A DNA stretch of 64,000 bases from Glaucostegus cemiculus (Eukaryota): assembly GCA_976551045.1 (NCBI GenBank), contig CDPCPM010000007.1, positions 8,370,001 to 8,434,000 on the forward strand, written 5' to 3'. The translations under genes and the position numbers were made by a program. This document shows positions 52,641-64,000 of this stretch, one piece after another (within the stretch, counting starts at the first letter, position 1; each line of letters starts with the position of its first letter). The notes below the pieces were generated by a model that was given only the letters and a program-made list of their open reading frames with translations, was not told the origin of the DNA and did no database searches.

Positions 52641-53340
52641 TTTAAAAATTTTCTTTGACTTTATAGACCACTTAGCAAACTATAGATGGATCATTTTAAA
52701 GGGATGTATTGTTGAAATCAACAAACTGGTGGATAGTGAAACTCACTTGGTAAACATGGAAAAACTGCCACTCTTTTTACAACTAAAAATACACAGTTTT
52801 AAATATTGTGCAGCTTTTCAAGGTATTCCTTGATTTACGAAGATTCAATTTATGAATTTTCACAATAACACCTCTTCAGAGTACACATCTTCAACTTGCA
52901 GATCTATTTCTTGCTAAGAGGAACATCATACCATTCACCATGCATAGGTATATACTGTATCAAAGTGCCCACAATGAATTTCATCCAACATTTTTGATTC
53001 ATGGACTTTTGGTTAAAGAAATGTTTCCCAGGAATGTAATCCATTCGTAAATTGAAGAACAAATGAATACTGAAAATACCACCCCAGCCCAACTCACCAA
53101 CTCATAGTGGAAATGTAAATTCAGAATTTGCATCCACTTATCACCTGTATTTCTCTCCCACACCAGCCCTATGGCTGTGATGACCTTTTGGGGACAGATA
53201 GTTCCCAACAATCTGGAGGCCTTGGTTCTGTAGACACCCTGAACAAGGAATGGGCTCCAAGTAGTGACTAGGTCTATAAATGTTTCATCCTGAAGCACCA
53301 CCCCCTGATGGCTCATGCTGTCACAGAATGTTTCACTGGT

Positions 53341-53596
53341 TTTAAATTTTAAATTTAAATTTTAAATTTTATTTACAGCGTGGTAACAGGCCCTTTCGGC
53401 CCAACGAGTCAACACCGCCCGTTTTAAACACCCCAGATTAACCTACCCGTACGTCTTTAGAATGTGGGTGGAAACCGGAACACCCGGAGGAAACCCATGC
53501 AGACACGGGAGAACGTACAAACTCCTTACAGACAGTGACGGGAATCAAACCCCGTTCGCTGGCGCTGTAACAGTGTTGCGCTAACTGCTACACTAA
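53341..53596 (-). mobile_element. Young tRNA-derived V-SINE with AAATTT-type tail
   Basis: CpG-rich; minus strand TAGTGTAGCAGTTAGCGC head, GTAAGGAGTTTGTACGTTCTCCCGTG core, GGGCCGAAAGGGCCTGTT tail. Confidence 0.88.
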
Positions 53597-53859
53597 AACA
53601 GGTACTATTGATTTAAATGATTAAAAGTTTTTTTTGTGGACGATCTGCTTTATGTTTTGCTTAAGCAGGCCACAAATGTGCAAATGAAAGCTGCAGGGAA
53701 GACAAGCAGATGTACATCACAAGGCACTGTGTGCCAATGCGCATATTCAGTGCTCAATGCCTATCATATCCATGAAGGATTCAGAAACAAGGCCACAAAC
53801 TCTGAGGTCAACACAATAAGTCCTGGATTCCCTTTATCAATCAAAATGCTACACTGTGA

Positions 53860-54170
53860 CAAAGTTAATGTCAACTCCGAGTACTACAGGGCATAACTTT
53901 AAGGTGAGAGGGAAAAGCTTAAAAGGAGATTTATGAGGCATGTTTTTTTATTACTTAGAGTGGTAGGTGCCTGGAACCTGCTGCCAGGGGAAGTGGTGGT
54001 AGTAAATACAACAGCAATATTTAAGAGGCATCTAGACAGGCACATGAAGAGGTAGGGAATGGAGGAACATAGACCATGTGCAGGCAGATGGGATTAGTTT
54101 GGATTGGCATTGTGGTCAGTACCAACATCATTGGCCAAAGGGCTTGTTCCTGTGCTGTACTGTCTATGTT
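53860..54170 (+). mobile_element. CR1 LINE 3' end
   Basis: gggcataactttaaggtgaga...gagtggtaggtgcctggaac...gggcttgttcctgtgctgtactgt. Confidence 0.85.
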
Positions 54171-54258
54171 CCATATTCTATGTATGTGGCCAAGCACAAT
54201 ACAGCCATGAATAAGCCACTCAGTCCTCTTCTCTCTCTGGGCTCGTTCTTATCCATTG

Positions 54259-54670
54259 CAGGTCCTTCCCAGGTTACAAACCCCCAATTTATAGACGCCT
54301 CGTACATACGAATGAGGGTTTGGGAGACCAGCGAATTGTTGGGAACGGATTTGCCGGCTGCAGGCAACTTCTACCAGATGGGCGGGTCATTTCTGTGTGC
54401 CTTCACTGTCCACCCACCCACTCTAGCCCCCAACTTGCAACAATTGGGGCTGGAGCGAGTCAAGTAGAACTGGGAGCTCTGAGCAGGCTCTCTCGCTCAC
54501 TGACCTGGTGAGTGAAGCCAGCTGGTGGCTACTCTTCCCATACCTGCTCACTCTCCTGTCACAGCTCTTACCATGATCCTCTCTGCTTTTGTTCATTTCC
54601 GGCTTACAAACAGTTTGAGTTATGAATGGTTCTCAGGAATGGAACCCTGTCATGACCTGGAGACTGTCCG
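54259..54670 (+). mobile_element. TcMar-Tigger-like MITE
   Basis: CAGGTCCTTCCCAGGTTAC start and GACCTGGAGACTGTCC end; the first ~75 nt match the reverse complement of 60760-60836. Confidence 0.7.
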
Positions 54671-57492
54671 AATTGCCCTAAAAATATACAGTGTAGCAAC
54701 TTCACTTTTTAAAATATGTGTTCGGAAATTTAAATGGAGGAAATTGTGTTTTTGTGAAGTCTGAAATTGATTGTACACAGGTTACCTGTCTGGTGAAGAA
54801 AATGATGCATCAACTTAAATTTTGGGGCTCTCTGAATTATTGTCAAGATTGCAGTGACTAAGTTCAGCTGATAACTTACTGAAACTTGCTAATGCATTTT
54901 ACTTCACCAAACTGTCAGTATTAACCAGACTTCATTAAAGCAAATATAATTCACTCTAAACATTCATTAGTATTTAACCTGCTTGCAGCCACAAATTAAA
55001 CATAAAACTCCACCATAATTAAACATCTTAAGAACAACAAATGAGCTCCAAGTAAACAGCAGTGTGAGGCTAAGTCATTTGGACCAACGGGTTCCTAGTT
55101 ATTTCCTTATTGCTTCTGAATTAGCTGAGACGGTCAGAGTTCACCTCAGGATTCACAGGGATCAAAGGGTGAAATCAAGCTTCGTTCCCTGTGTCCCCTC
55201 CTTATCATCCAGTGATGGGCCTGCATGCATTTCTACACATCCTTGAACATCAAATGAGAACATGATTACACTTAACTGTGCTTCTTTCTTCAATCAAATA
55301 ACTTAACTCCGGTCCACACAAAGAAGGAAGCACACAACTCAACAGGTAACCATGCCTTTCCTTCAGCAGGAGTTCACTTCTTCAGGGGAAAAAAGGAGAA
55401 AATCTTACAGGGAAATGGATTCTCTAAAAATGTTTGGGGATACCATGCTAAGAAAAAATTAGATTGCCTGAAATTGATCCCTAATTTCTGGTGACAGTTC
55501 CTCATTCTGCACCACTCCTGAAATTTGTTCCATTGAGTACGGTTGAATTTCAGAAGCAGAATGCAACATACAGCCTGTACCTACCAACTAGGGATGAATT
55601 TCCAGGCAAATATTTCTTTTGGTCATCCTTTTATCTCGTCATTCCCAAAGGAAGGAAATTCGCTTTCAAGAGACTGCCAGCTAGCCAAAGATCTCAGACA
55701 CTGAAATGGCTCTGTTAAAGCTTCTCGTTCAGGTCATTATTTAGGTTGCTTATTTATTTATTTAACCCCACTTTCTTTTCTAATCCAAGGCCACTGGTGA
55801 CCACTTCAGCCCAGAAGTGACAATAAAACTGTCAGTGCATTTCCATTGCCAACATACAAGCACAGATAGCAGTAGCACGATTCTTTGTAGCTTGTAGAAA
55901 AATCTCCAGTGGATTAAATGTGCTCCTGTGTTATTCCACATGGAGTATCAGGCAGCCAATAAGAATAATGGCTGCACTGATAACAGGAGGGAAGCAAGCT
56001 TTACCAAGGTCATGAAAACAAACATACCTCAAAAGAAAAGAGGAATGCTTAACCAATTACAAAAACAAAGTCTCTGAATTATCTTCTTATTATGTTCTTA
56101 AATCCAAATTATTGCATTGTTTTGATGGGAAGATTGGGAAAATGTGGATTTAATACATATTCTGTTTTTGCTGTAATCACTGTTAAATACACCAAAATGT
56201 CCATAATTAGTTCTTGGTAAAGGGCAGTCACTGCAGAAAATGTCAGGCCATTTCTACATACAATTATGCTACTTAAATTCTCTATATTTTCTCAGAGAAC
56301 TTCTGAGGCCATTCATTTTCTGAAGAAGAGGTACTTTCAGATTTTCTAACAGTAAACAAATATTGTTTTGTAATGATTAGATTAATGAAAGTGAAAAGAA
56401 AATTGAGATTCTGATACTTTAATTTCTTCCACTTATATAACCAATCATCTAAATTAGTGTTGCATTACTCTGTTGTTTTTATGCAATGTTTACTCAATAT
56501 TTGCTTCATTTATAATATAATTTATTGGGCTAATATTCAAATTACTTTGCTCTACATTTCAAGGAACTAAATTTAAGCTGTTCCAAATATTTATAATGAA
56601 GCTAACTTCAAGTGGAGTTACCATGAGGGATGTAAATCCCACTCAGAAGCAGAAATATATTCTGTATTGTTCCATATGTGTGGAGCAATCAGACTGGATA
56701 TTTCTATTTGATGGCAGTGTATAAAGGGTGACAAAATCTTTTTGTATTTTGCTGACCAATGTTCATCAAACTTGATATTATGTCTCACAAATTTCCATTC
56801 ATGCATTTTAACTTAGTAATCTTAAAATGTAATTGCTATTTGGAATGTGCTTTATATTTCTTCTAAACCCCATCTTGGTTGCTAGCTGGCTCCATACTCT
56901 TAAAGATATATATTTGTCATCGTTTTGCTAATTTTTTTCTTTTGTCTTCTCTGTCCTTTACATGTGTTGTACAGGTTGCCAGTACAGGAGTATATGAGAA
57001 AAGAGAGCTCCATCCAAATTTTCCCTTCTTTGAAGGAGACATCGATGAAATAACCTGTCTTGGATTCAACTTTCCTCTATACCAATGGCTTTTCTGCATT
57101 ATGAATTACAGAAGACAACCTAAACCCTTTATTTATGTATATATATTTTAATCACCCCATGATCAACATCTGATCTATGATCTATATTTACTGACTGCTG
57201 TTTGGATTGTGTATTGGTCTTTATCAATCTTTTTTGTTGGGATTTGCCAATAGTTCTGCAGGGAACTAGGAGAATTTACATTTCTAGATGACAGCTGATA
57301 TGAGACTCCTGCATAATCTCCTGTATGGATGCACATAACCTCCTGGCTCAACTCTGCTACTGGACACCACGAAGAATCCAATGATGAAGTATGAATTTGC
57401 TGGATTTCCCACACAACTTTCATCAAGCTAGCCCTAGGACACAACCTGAATAAGGATTTTATGACTGAGTAAACAGGGCAAGAATGAGGTAT

Positions 57493-58153
57493 ACACAAGA
57501 AATTCTGCTGATGCTGGAATCTGGAGCAATACACAAGAAGTGCTGGAGGAACTCAGCAGGTCAGGCAGCATCTATGGAGGGAAATAAACAGTCGAAGTTT
57601 CAGGCTGAGACCCTTCATCAGGACTGGAAAGGAAACGGGCAGAAACCAGAATAAGAAGTTGGGGAGAAGGGGAGGAGCACACACAGGTAGGGGACAGGTG
57701 AGCTCAAGTGATAGGTGAGTCCAGGTGAGAGGGAGAAGGTGGGTGGGGGGGGAAGATGTAATAAGCTGAGAGGTGATAGGTAGAAGAGGCAAAGGGCTGG
57801 AGGAGGAGGAATCTGGTAGGAGAGGGTAGTGGAACATAGAATAAAGGATGGAGGAGAGAAGGAAAGAAGAAATGGTCAGGCGAGGAGGGGAGCCACAGGA
57901 ATAAGGGAAGACAAAGGAGTGGGGGGGGTGAATGAAAAAGGGGTGGGGTTACCAGAAGTTAGAGAAATCGAAGTTGAGACCATCAGGTTGGAGACTCTCA
58001 AGGTGGAATATGAGGTGTTGTTCCTCCATCCTGTGTCTGGCCTCTATGTGGCAGTAGAGGAGGCCATGGATAGACATGTCAGTATGGGAATGGGATGTGG
58101 ACTTGAAGTGGGTGACCACTAGGAGGTGATGGACAGAGCGATGGTGCTTGACG
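57493..58153 (-). mobile_element. Penelope-like retroelement, 5'-truncated, with 13-bp TSD
   Basis: Flanked by AAGAATGAGGTAT at 57480-57492 and 58154-58166. Minus frame 58152-57949 reads VKHHRSVHHLLVVTHFKSTSHSHTDMSIHGLLYCHIEARHRMEEQHLIFHLESLQPDGLNFDFSNFW*, a GIY-YIG C-terminus; hammerhead motif near the 3' end. Confidence 0.9.
57589..57626 (-). ncRNA. Minimal type I hammerhead ribozyme motif (probably partly degenerate)
   Basis: Minus strand CAGTC-CTGATGA-AGGGTCTCAGCCT-GAAA-CTTC-GACTG: stem I CAGTC/GACTG, both core boxes, short stem II. Confidence 0.7.
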
Positions 58154-58284
58154 AAGAATGAGGTATGCTACTTTTTTCTCTGTTTGCCGTAATGTTTTTG
58201 CTATTTTTAGTGCCATGCAGGACCTCGCTGCGTGGGTCCAGGTTAGCTCTGGCCAGCAATCTTGAAAATTAAATTTGCTGAAAA

Positions 58285-58490
58285 TCTGAAATAAAAATGA
58301 AAATTCTGGAAGTACTCAGCAGGTCAGTCAGCATCTGTGGAGCAATTCTAACAAAATAAGCACATATTCTGATGAAATAATGTTAAAAGGTCTGATAACA
58401 GGTCATTGACTTGAAGCATTAACTTTGCTTGCTGTACACAGGTACTGCCTGACCTATTGAATATTTCCAGCATTTTCTATTTGTATTTTT
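58285..58490. mobile_element. Older palindromic Penelope-terminus derivative
   Basis: gaaaattctggaagtactcagcaggtcagtcagcatctgtg is inverted against cacaggtactgcctgacctattgaatatttccagcattttc. Confidence 0.7.
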
Positions 58491-60616
58491 GGTCAGTGTT
58501 ATTAACCTTCTGGATATGGATAAGATAGTGTATCATATTTATATATTTTGGTGTGAATTTGGGTAGTAGGTTCACTCAGCAACTGAGAAAGCCTATTTTC
58601 TCAGACATTCTCTGTCCCTGCATGCTGGTTGATATATGATTAATTGAGGTAGATTTGAGGTCGGGTGTTATTGTGAAAAGCAAGTGCCTCAGCTGCTATG
58701 CTACAACAGCTTTTAATTGTGAGCAATTCTAACAAAACTAACATATATTCTAATGGCATGTGTAGACAATTATCAGTTCTTCCATTTTCCTGATGAAACC
58801 ACTTATCTGTATGGTATCTAGGTAAACTAGCTCTGCATCTGCCTATTTCTCATCCTTTGTTGTGTATTAGGGCATTAAACACAACAGAAGGGCATTAGCT
58901 CGATAACTGCCTTGAGGCAAAGGGGATGATTTCAGTATGTTGCATGTAGGTTGACTATGTTAGATCATTATTAGACCTTTAACACATCCAGAGCAGCAAT
59001 TTAAAAATATTTGAAAACAGGCAAATATTTACTTTCTGTACTTTTAATATTTATTTCCTTTTCTGTGTTGCATCATTCTCTGTGCAACCACAAATTAACG
59101 TGCAATCCACCGCAATGACAAACGTGAGCTTTAACCCTCACTGGAAGACATGTAATATTAAGCTGCTCCTTTATTAGCTTTTACACATATTATTGCATTG
59201 TGCATTGTTCATGGTTACATATTCTCTTATTGAGAAAATGGAAAAAGGATATATCCGTAGGGATTTTTAATTTACTTTTGAAGACTAACAAGGCACAAAT
59301 AATAGCATTGTGTTAATTTTGAAGGCAGGAATAAGCTATTATGGTAGATATCATAAAGATTAGTGCAATGGATACCTTGGTAACTCAACATTACACACAT
59401 TTGTTTATAATTCCCAATTTTCATAATGATAGTTTAAAAGTATAATTATATATTTTGACTTAATAATTACATCACTAGATCTTCCTTAGGTTCCCATCTG
59501 TACACTGGACAATATACTAAATCTCCACCCATTCATCATCCTTGCGTTGCTCCTATATTTCTTTTTTTTAATTTTTTTTCTCCCTGTTCCTTCATTTCAC
59601 TTCATTTAACTCCTCTTTTGTATTCCCTTACTTGTCTTTTATTTCAGCTTCTTTCTGCCTTGTTTCAGCTGCAGTGACAGTGGGCGACAGATTCTTGAGC
59701 AGCAGTTTCTTGGCAATGCAGTGGTTCCTTGGCTATCAGCTTCTCTGGCATGGTCAGGAAATGCTTGGGGTGGCAACATTGAAAAGGGAAATGAAGTTGG
59801 AATCAAGTAATACGCCAATAACTAGGAATAAGTTACATACATTTATGAAAGGAATGCAATTATTGCAGCAGTTTTAGAAGTAAATTTGTCTTTCAAAAGT
59901 AAAAAAAAAGTGGGATTAAAGTGAAAGTCAAGCAAAATTACAGGAAGCAGATCAAAATTTAAAGCAGGGCTTGAGCTGAGCAGAAGCAAACTAGGCCTCC
60001 CATCCTAGAATGATGAAGAAAGTGAGGTTGAATTGGGCATCTATTCCAGACACACGGTGAAGTGGATAGTGAAGAGTTTAATGTGCTAACCTGTTGTGTG
60101 GATCAAACTAACTGTGGCCTTTTAAAGACTGTCTTATAGTGTATGGCTGAGTAAATGGATGGAGCCAATGTAGAGGAATTTTATCATTTGTACAGGGAGA
60201 CGGTTGCTCTTTGACAGCCTAATTTTGCTGATGGGGTTTGTGTTTTTAGTTATTATATATAAAGGTTTCCATATTGGATATATCTTTCCATTATGAATGT
60301 GTGTGTGGGGGAGGGGGTGAAGTAACCAAAAGACATGACAACTGAAAGTAAAATCAGCAAGTGTATATCTTTCACTAGTTTTAAATAACATGTAATAAAT
60401 ATATGCTGTACTTTGGTTTGCAAGTATGAATTTTTTTGCCTGGCTCTTAATTGCTGTATATTAGATATAATTTGAATCAGAGAGGAAGACTGAAGCACGA
60501 TTGATGATAGGATTTCTGAGAAGGAAAAGGGAGGAATTTCACCAAGGTAGGAAAAACGGCAAAGACAGTGCACGCCATGTCTCTTTTGCTGAAGCTTTAC
60601 AATAGTTGTGCAATTA

Positions 60617-60836
60617 CAGGTCGTCCGCAGGTTACAGCAGGGTTCTGTTCCTGTGAACTGTTTGCAACCTGGACAGTTCGCATGTTGGAAATGCAGTCGT
60701 GAACCGAGTTACCAGATGGCAGAAGATGCCTGCAGCCCCGTGGCAGCTGGCAAGTCCACCCCGCTGGTCTCCCAAACGCTCGTTTGTATGTATGGGCTGT
60801 ACAAGAGTCGGGTGTTTGTAAGCTGGGGAGGACCCG
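60617..60836 (-). mobile_element. TcMar-Tigger-like MITE with TA target duplication
   Basis: TA|CAGGTCGTCCGCAGGTTAC ... GTAAGCTGGGGAGGACCCG|TA. Confidence 0.78.
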
Positions 60837-61854
60837 TAGGTGGACTCAGCACAAATGAAACTAAATACTATCAAATGAAAACCACTGCTAATTGAGCAAA
60901 AAAAGACACACAATGATGGAGATAGAATTGGCTTTAGGAAATGTAGAAAAAAAAGCAGAGAAAAACAACAATATTGATGTCACGTTGGAAGGGACTCATG
61001 GAAATTATGGGATACAAATGGAAATAGAATGCATTTACCTCACAGATTCTCTTCGCAATTCTAAAGCACACCAGCACTTGATGCACCTCTCTCCTGTCAT
61101 TTGGGTTCCACTCATTTCACCTCTTGCAGATACCTGGCCTCTCAAATCCCTACTCCAACCTTTCAGTCCTCTTACTCTTGGTCACCCCTCACTATCTCAG
61201 ATGGACTCGCTAGTCCCAGCACCTCATTCACAGATAGTTACCTTTACTAAGCACATCCTTATATTTTTCTCCACCTGACCTTCTTGTCTCCATGCACGCT
61301 ATCCTTTCATGTTCAATCCTGGCAGATATCTCAGCGATCTCCTCTTTTGCCTTTTATTCATCTTAACATATCTACAGCTGTTGAAATTTTCAACTACCCC
61401 TCACCTCCACCTCTAATGCACTATTTGTATAATGTCATCCCTTCCAGCCTTTCATCCCTACTTGCACATTAACCTGTCAAACTAGGAAAATTATTCCTTT
61501 TGTATCTTTAGAATTCTTTCATCCTCCACAATATTTTCCTTATTTAATCTTCAATGACCCCTGATTTTTATTTCTTTGTCATCTATTTCCAGGATACCTC
61601 CCAAAATCTTTTACTTTTTCCCTTTCAGTTGCATGATGGGGTTTATTTGTACCTCTCTTTTCCAACTTTCTTTTCTGCTTCCATTTATATGTTCACTCAG
61701 TTTGCTTTTGCATTATCAGTCCTTAGATCTGCCAGGTTACGGGACCTGAGAAATGAGAGAAGCAGAAGGTCGCATGTCTCCTGCAGCCTTACCCGTCATT
61801 CAATTAGGTGATGATACATCTGACTTTTGAGCTCAACTCTACTTTACTACCTAG

Positions 61855-61935
61855 AGTTTTGACCTGAAACATTGACTGTATTTTTCTGCTATCTGACCTA
61901 CTGAGTAATTCCAAGCATTTTCTATTTTAATTCAC
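61855..61935 (+). mobile_element. Penelope-terminus fragment
   Basis: gacctgaaacattgactgt...ctgacctactgagtaattccaagcattttct. Confidence 0.6.
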
Positions 61936-61980
61936 TCATAGTCCAAAACTCAGTCTTTTATAGTATTGGATATACATAAT

Positions 61981-62608
61981 GCTTATGGGATGTTAGCTTT
62001 TATAAATCGAGGGATTGAGTTCAAGAGCAGAGAGGTGATGATGCTGCTTTACAAAACTCTAGTTAGGCCGCACTTAGAATATTGTGTTCACTTCTGGTCA
62101 CCGCATTATAGGAAGGATGTGGAGGTGTTGGAGAGGGTACAAAGGCGATTTACCAGGATGGTGCCTGGATTAGAGGGTATGGAATATGAGGAGAGGCTTA
62201 AGGTGCTAGGGCTCTACTCGTTGGAGAGGAGGAGGATGAGAGGGGACTTGATAGAGGTGTATAAGATATTGAGAGGAATAGATAGAGTTGACAACCAGCG
62301 CCTCTTTCCCAGAGCGCAGATGCACAAGACGAGAGGGCATAGCTATAAGATATTGGGTGGAAAGTTTAGGGGAGATGTCAGAGGGAAGTTTTTCACCCAG
62401 AGGGTGGTCGGCGCATGGAATGCGCTGCCTGGGATGGTAGTAGAGGCAGATATGATGGACAGGTTCAAGAGATTGTTAGATAGGCAATGGAAGAATGTGG
62501 AGTAGTAGGATATGTGGGAGGAAAGAGTGAGATTGTGAGATGTTTGAAGGATGGCACAACTTGGTGGGCTGAAGGGCCTGTTTTGTGCTGTATTGTTCTA
62601 TGGTTCTA
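61981..62608 (+). mobile_element. Young 5'-truncated CR1 LINE; ORF2 C-terminus open to the stop at 62505
   Basis: YGMLAFINRGIEFKSREVM..LYKTLVRPHLEYCV.FWSPHYRKD...RRRMRGDLIEVYKI...FFTQRVV.AWNALP; 3'UTR gggctgaagggcctgtt...ttctatggttctat. Confidence 0.93.
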
Positions 62609-62614
62609 TAATGA

Positions 62615-62842
62615 TCAGCATCCACAGCTCTCTGGGGGTAGAGATTCCAAACATATGCAATCCTTTGAGAGAAGAATTGCTCCTCATTTCAATTTTAGAT
62701 TGCCAGAACCTTATCCTGAAATCATGCCTTCAATTCCATAATCCTCCATCTCAGGAAACATCTTCACAGCACCTACTGTCAAACCCTCTTATTTGTTACA
62801 TTGAAATCACCTCATTTGTCTAAACCCCAGAGAATATAGGCC
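62615..62842 (-). mobile_element. Older CR1 fragment, inverted relative to its neighbour
   Basis: catccacagctctctggggtagagattccaa...ctttgagagaagaa matches 34795-34860. Confidence 0.75.
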
Positions 62843-62929
62843 TCTTTTTTGTATTACTATTATTTTTCATGTTTCTTTACAATTAGGAACTCCAGTTTCT
62901 GCTGAACACCTCTACATCCTTTTGTTATT

Positions 62930-63012
62930 TATTCATTCATGGGATGTGGATGTTGCTGGCTATGCCAGCATTTATTGTTCATCCATAATTGCTCTAGAAT
63001 TGAAAAGGCAGT
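62930..63012 (-). mobile_element. Non-LTR/SINE 3' tail
   Basis: attcattcatgggatgtggatgttgctggctatgccagcatttattgttcatcc is the reverse complement of the 36905-36960 tail. Confidence 0.7.
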
Positions 63013-63399
63013 TATTATCTTGTTGCAATATGGCTTGTCAGTATGAATCAATTCCTGTCTGAATGCCTTGCACTGCTGGCTAATACTTTACGTCTCTCCC
63101 TCTGTTTTTATCTGAGCATTTTTTTTCCGTTTCATCTCATTGAAGTTGCCTTTTCTCAGTCAATCTTGGATTGATTCATCTTCAAATTTTCATGTCAATG
63201 TTCATACATATGATGGTTACTGTTTCTGAGAAGTTTCCTTACCACTATATTAACAACTTGCACTATTTCACTTTCTGGACCATGATTTTCCTTGATGGAT
63301 TACAACATGCTGATCTAGGAAGCAGTCCCAAGCATATTGCAGCGATTTCTCAATTCTGTTACGTTACATTGCTCTTACTTCAGTCTAATTTCCGATAAT

Positions 63400-63620
63400 T
63401 GAAGTTACCAATTAATATGTTACTCCGTTTTCACTAATTAATCTGCATTCCCCTTCTTCTATTTCCTGTCCACAGCTCTGTGATTTATCATTTTCTTTCG
63501 AAAGAATAATTATTCCCTTCATATTCCTCAACTGTAACCAAACATATTCTGTTTTTGGACCATCTCCAGCAATGATTCCCAAGATCCAGTGATGTAATTG
63601 AATCTTTGAATAATATTGCC
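63400..63620 (-). mobile_element. Decayed CR1 endonuclease-region fragment
   Basis: EYVWLQLRNMKG...EIEEGECRLI resembles the CR1 ESIWVELRNxKG segment. Confidence 0.5.
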
Positions 63621-64000
63621 ACCCTCCTTCCTTTCTTCCTACCCTGTTCCTCTGTGGAATACTCAGCACTAGCTCAACTTGGTGCGTCTTGCAGAGCTTA
63701 CAATATCATACCCACAAATGGCTCTAACTGGTCCCATTGCTGAGGAATCTGAATCCTGTCTTCCGACACCATTTTAACATCACACATTTAACCCTCTAGT
63801 GAAACTAGAAGATTAGTATCCTCCAGCTTCTGCTCCTTAATGCCTCTAATTGTCAAAACTTCCAATTGCAACATACTTTCTTTCTGTGCCAATTCAACAA
63901 CTTCTAACTGTTCCATTTCCTTGCCTAAAGTTTATAATATTTTTCTGGGACATTTCTTATTCTGATTTTTGTAGTCCTAATGTCTCACCTAAAATCATTT

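Noticed and set aside
54786-54857. 72-nt phase 1-1 open candidate exon with a CAG|GTAAC donor
   Set aside because: No polypyrimidine tract and no similarity to ZFHX proteins.
1-64000. CRISPR arrays, prokaryotic operons, tRNA or rRNA genes
   Set aside because: Eukaryotic intron-exon locus; the tRNA-like boxes belong to SINE heads, and the remaining short ORFs are TE remnants or chance.

Overview
Vertebrate genomic DNA, almost certainly from a cartilaginous fish judging by the repeat families (inference). The window holds the 3' part of one minus-strand gene, ZFHX4 (zinc finger homeobox 4). I resolved six coding exons with canonical AG/GT boundaries and consistent phases: 31502-31618, 26151-26287 (or 26284), 25369-25569, 17186-17306, 8731-14181 (5451 nt, four homeodomains) and 293-1785 (stop TAG at 293-295), followed by the 3'UTR. 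A 196-nt N run lies inside the last exon. In 31619-64000 I found no further convincing exon, so I treat it as intron. The introns contain CR1 and Rex1/Babar LINE fragments, V-SINE and Deu-SINE copies, Tigger- and Harbinger-like MITEs, and Penelope-like elements. The best lead is a Penelope insertion with a 13-bp target-site duplication, an open GIY-YIG C-terminus and a minimal hammerhead-ribozyme motif on the ZFHX4 sense strand. Related palindromic derivatives of its terminus occur elsewhere in the window. All comparisons with human proteins and repeat consensuses are from memory; no search was run.
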